Source: Leucoraja ocellata (taxonomy: Eukaryota). Taken from it: a DNA stretch of 64,000 nucleotides. The stretch's first letter is position 1; each line of letters starts with the position of its first letter. The translations under genes and the position numbers were made by a program. Positions 61,955 to 64,000 of the stretch are shown in pieces. The notes beneath the pieces were generated by a model. It was not told where the DNA came from. It worked only from the letters and a program-made list of their open reading frames with translations, and did no database searches. The DNA lies in the NCBI GenBank assembly GCA_036785375.1, contig JAWMAR010000077.1, positions 1,426,001 to 1,490,000 of the forward strand, given 5' to 3'.

Positions 61955-63692
61955 GTCCAAGTGTGTTTTAAATGCTGTTATAGAACTTGCCTCAACTGCC
62001 TGAAACTGAAGGGCAACTTTTTCCCATTCAGAGGGTGGTTGTCCATATACCCACCACCGTCTGATTGAAAACGTTGCTCCTCAGGTTCATATTAAATATT
62101 GCCCATCTCATCCAAATGCAATACATCTCACTTATCTGCATTAAGCCCTATAAGCCATTCCGCAGCCCTCTTGGTGAGATGATGAAGAGCCTGCTGTAAT
62201 TTTTGATAACCTTCTGCATTATCTATGATAACGCCCACTTTAATGTCAGCTGTAAACTTGCTAAATCTTGCCTTGTACATTCTCATCCTAATCCCTAAGG
62301 CACTCGTCATAGGCCTCCAGTCCGAAAAACAGCCTTTCACAACCGTTGTTGCCTCCCTTCCAGGAAGCCAATTCTGTATCCAGTTTGCTAGATCTCCATG
62401 GATCTCCACAGCAGCTACTATGCAGAACCTTATCAGAGGCTATGCTGACGTCCATATAACCAATGTCTACAGCAATGCCCTTATCAACCTTTTTGGTTAT
62501 CTCTTCAAAAAACATATTTCGACTGTGGGAGGTAACTGCAACACATGGGGAAAACTCACACAGTCACAGGAAGAACATACAAACTGTACAGATAGCACCC
62601 ATAGTTAGGATTGAACTTGGGTCTCTGGCGCCGTCAGGCAGCAAGTCTACCACTGCGTCACCCTGTCACCCAGTTCAAAAAAAATGAAAATAGGAGATTG
62701 GCTCAACTGCAAAATTAAAAGGAAAGGTTCCCTGAATATTACAAAACAAAATAAATCAGATCCACAAAAAAAAAATCATGTTGTGCAATTCTGGTCAACT
62801 AACTACTGAAATAAAGTTGCTGGCTAAAGATCATAGGGAAAACAGAATTTACTGTCAGGAGAAACAGAGATAAAACTGCAAAAGTCTTCAGTCACAGACC
62901 AGCAGAAGAATTTACACATAATTTGGTTTACAACTCTTTCTTGACAAAGAGCAAGGATGCTAATGGTGTGGAACCAGGATAGAAAAGGGAATAGGGTAGA
63001 AATATCAACACAAAGCTGATAAATACAGAAGTTATCTATAGTTTACTGTGACTTCCCAAAAAAGTCATCATCATTAGATAAGTACAAAAAAATGACCCGA
63101 CTGTTAAGTTTGATTTTGCAATAACAAACTTTCTGACCAAATCATTGGTGACATCTAAAATATAAAATGAATATTCCTGACAAAGGCAGAAAACATAACC
63201 ACAAACTGCAGGCCTTGATCCCATCTGTCCATCCATTTTTGGTGAGATCCTGCCCTCTATGCTTTCGCCACAAGTCAAGCCTCCCACCGACTCCTTCTCT
63301 CAGCTATTACTTAACCCATCAATTAAAGAAGGGTCTCGACCCGAAACGTCGCCTATTTCCTTTGCTCCATAGATGCTGCCTCACCCGCTGAGTTTCTCCA
63401 GCATTTTTGTCTACCGTAAAAATTAAATCCACATGGTCATTTCAATAAACAACTGAATTATTAAAACCTGTTCATCAGAATGCAAATCAATAAAAGGTTT
63501 CATACTTACCTTCAATTCGATTATCCACAACAAACTAACAAATAGTTGATCAAACGCAATAAATAAACAGAAAGTCTTCCTGACATCATAAATATTTATT
63601 TTAACAATTAGTTAATACGAGTCTAACCCAGCTACAAGTTGGGCTGTGGTGATGGCTTGCATAGTACTGATGGAGGCACTGTGACCAAAGGA
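61955..63692 (+). repeat. Local segmental duplication, copy B
   Basis: Matches 48888-50862. Confidence 0.92.
63510..63692 (-). pseudogene. Truncated, disabled copy of the STARD3NL first coding exon
   Basis: Lacks the ATG and acceptor; AAA>TAA stop; donor AAG|GTAAGT retained. Confidence 0.92.
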
Positions 63693-64000
63693 CGTATAGG
63701 CCGGTGAGCTTAACATCTGTAGTTGGTAAGTTACTGGAGATTATTGGGAGCGATAGGTTATATGGGCATTTGGATGAACAAGGGCTGATTAGGGATAGTC
63801 AGCATGGTTTTATACTTGGAAGGTCATGTCTCATAAATCTGATTTTTTTTAAAGACGCGACTAAAAAGGTTGATGAGGGCAGAGCTGTAGATGTTGTGTA
63901 CATGGACTTCAGTAAGGCGTTCGACAGGATTCCGCATGGTGGGCTGCTCTGGAAGGTTAGATCGCATGGGATCCATGGAGAGATTGCTGAATGGAAAGCA
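63693..64000 (+). mobile_element. CR1 RT fragment running off the window
   Basis: YRPVSLTSVVGKLLE...SQHGF...DFSKAFD. Confidence 0.85.

Overview
Vertebrate genomic DNA, most likely from a cartilaginous fish such as a skate or ray (inferred from the repeat families and TCR sequence). The window holds the 3' end of a T-cell receptor gamma (TRG) locus on the + strand. It has two clear J segments with 12-bp-spacer RSSs (11011-11067, 11223-11279), a third divergent J-like segment (9915-9973) and one three-exon constant gene (14110-14427, 16256-16333, 17875-18008). No convincing V segment is present. Downstream and convergent on the - strand is a STARD3NL (MENTHO) gene with seven coding exons (50904 to 38116, 231 aa reconstructed) and a probable non-coding last exon, the same TRG-STARD3NL arrangement known from amniotes. 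A ~2-kb duplication at 61955-63692 carries a disabled copy of the first STARD3NL coding exon. The rest is repeat-dense: a decayed Gypsy LTR element with three nested insertions, many CR1 LINEs (one with an uninterrupted ORF2), Rex/Babar and L1-clade fragments, SINEs, non-autonomous DNA transposons and Penelope-like repeats carrying minimal hammerhead-ribozyme motifs. The most interesting hypotheses are an in-frame alternative splice donor that would delete the C-gamma hinge cysteine, dispersed hammerhead motifs, an inverted pair of near-identical CR1s bracketing STARD3NL exons 2-4, and a duplicated exon whose 16 substitutions are all amino-acid changing. All alignments and counts were done by eye.
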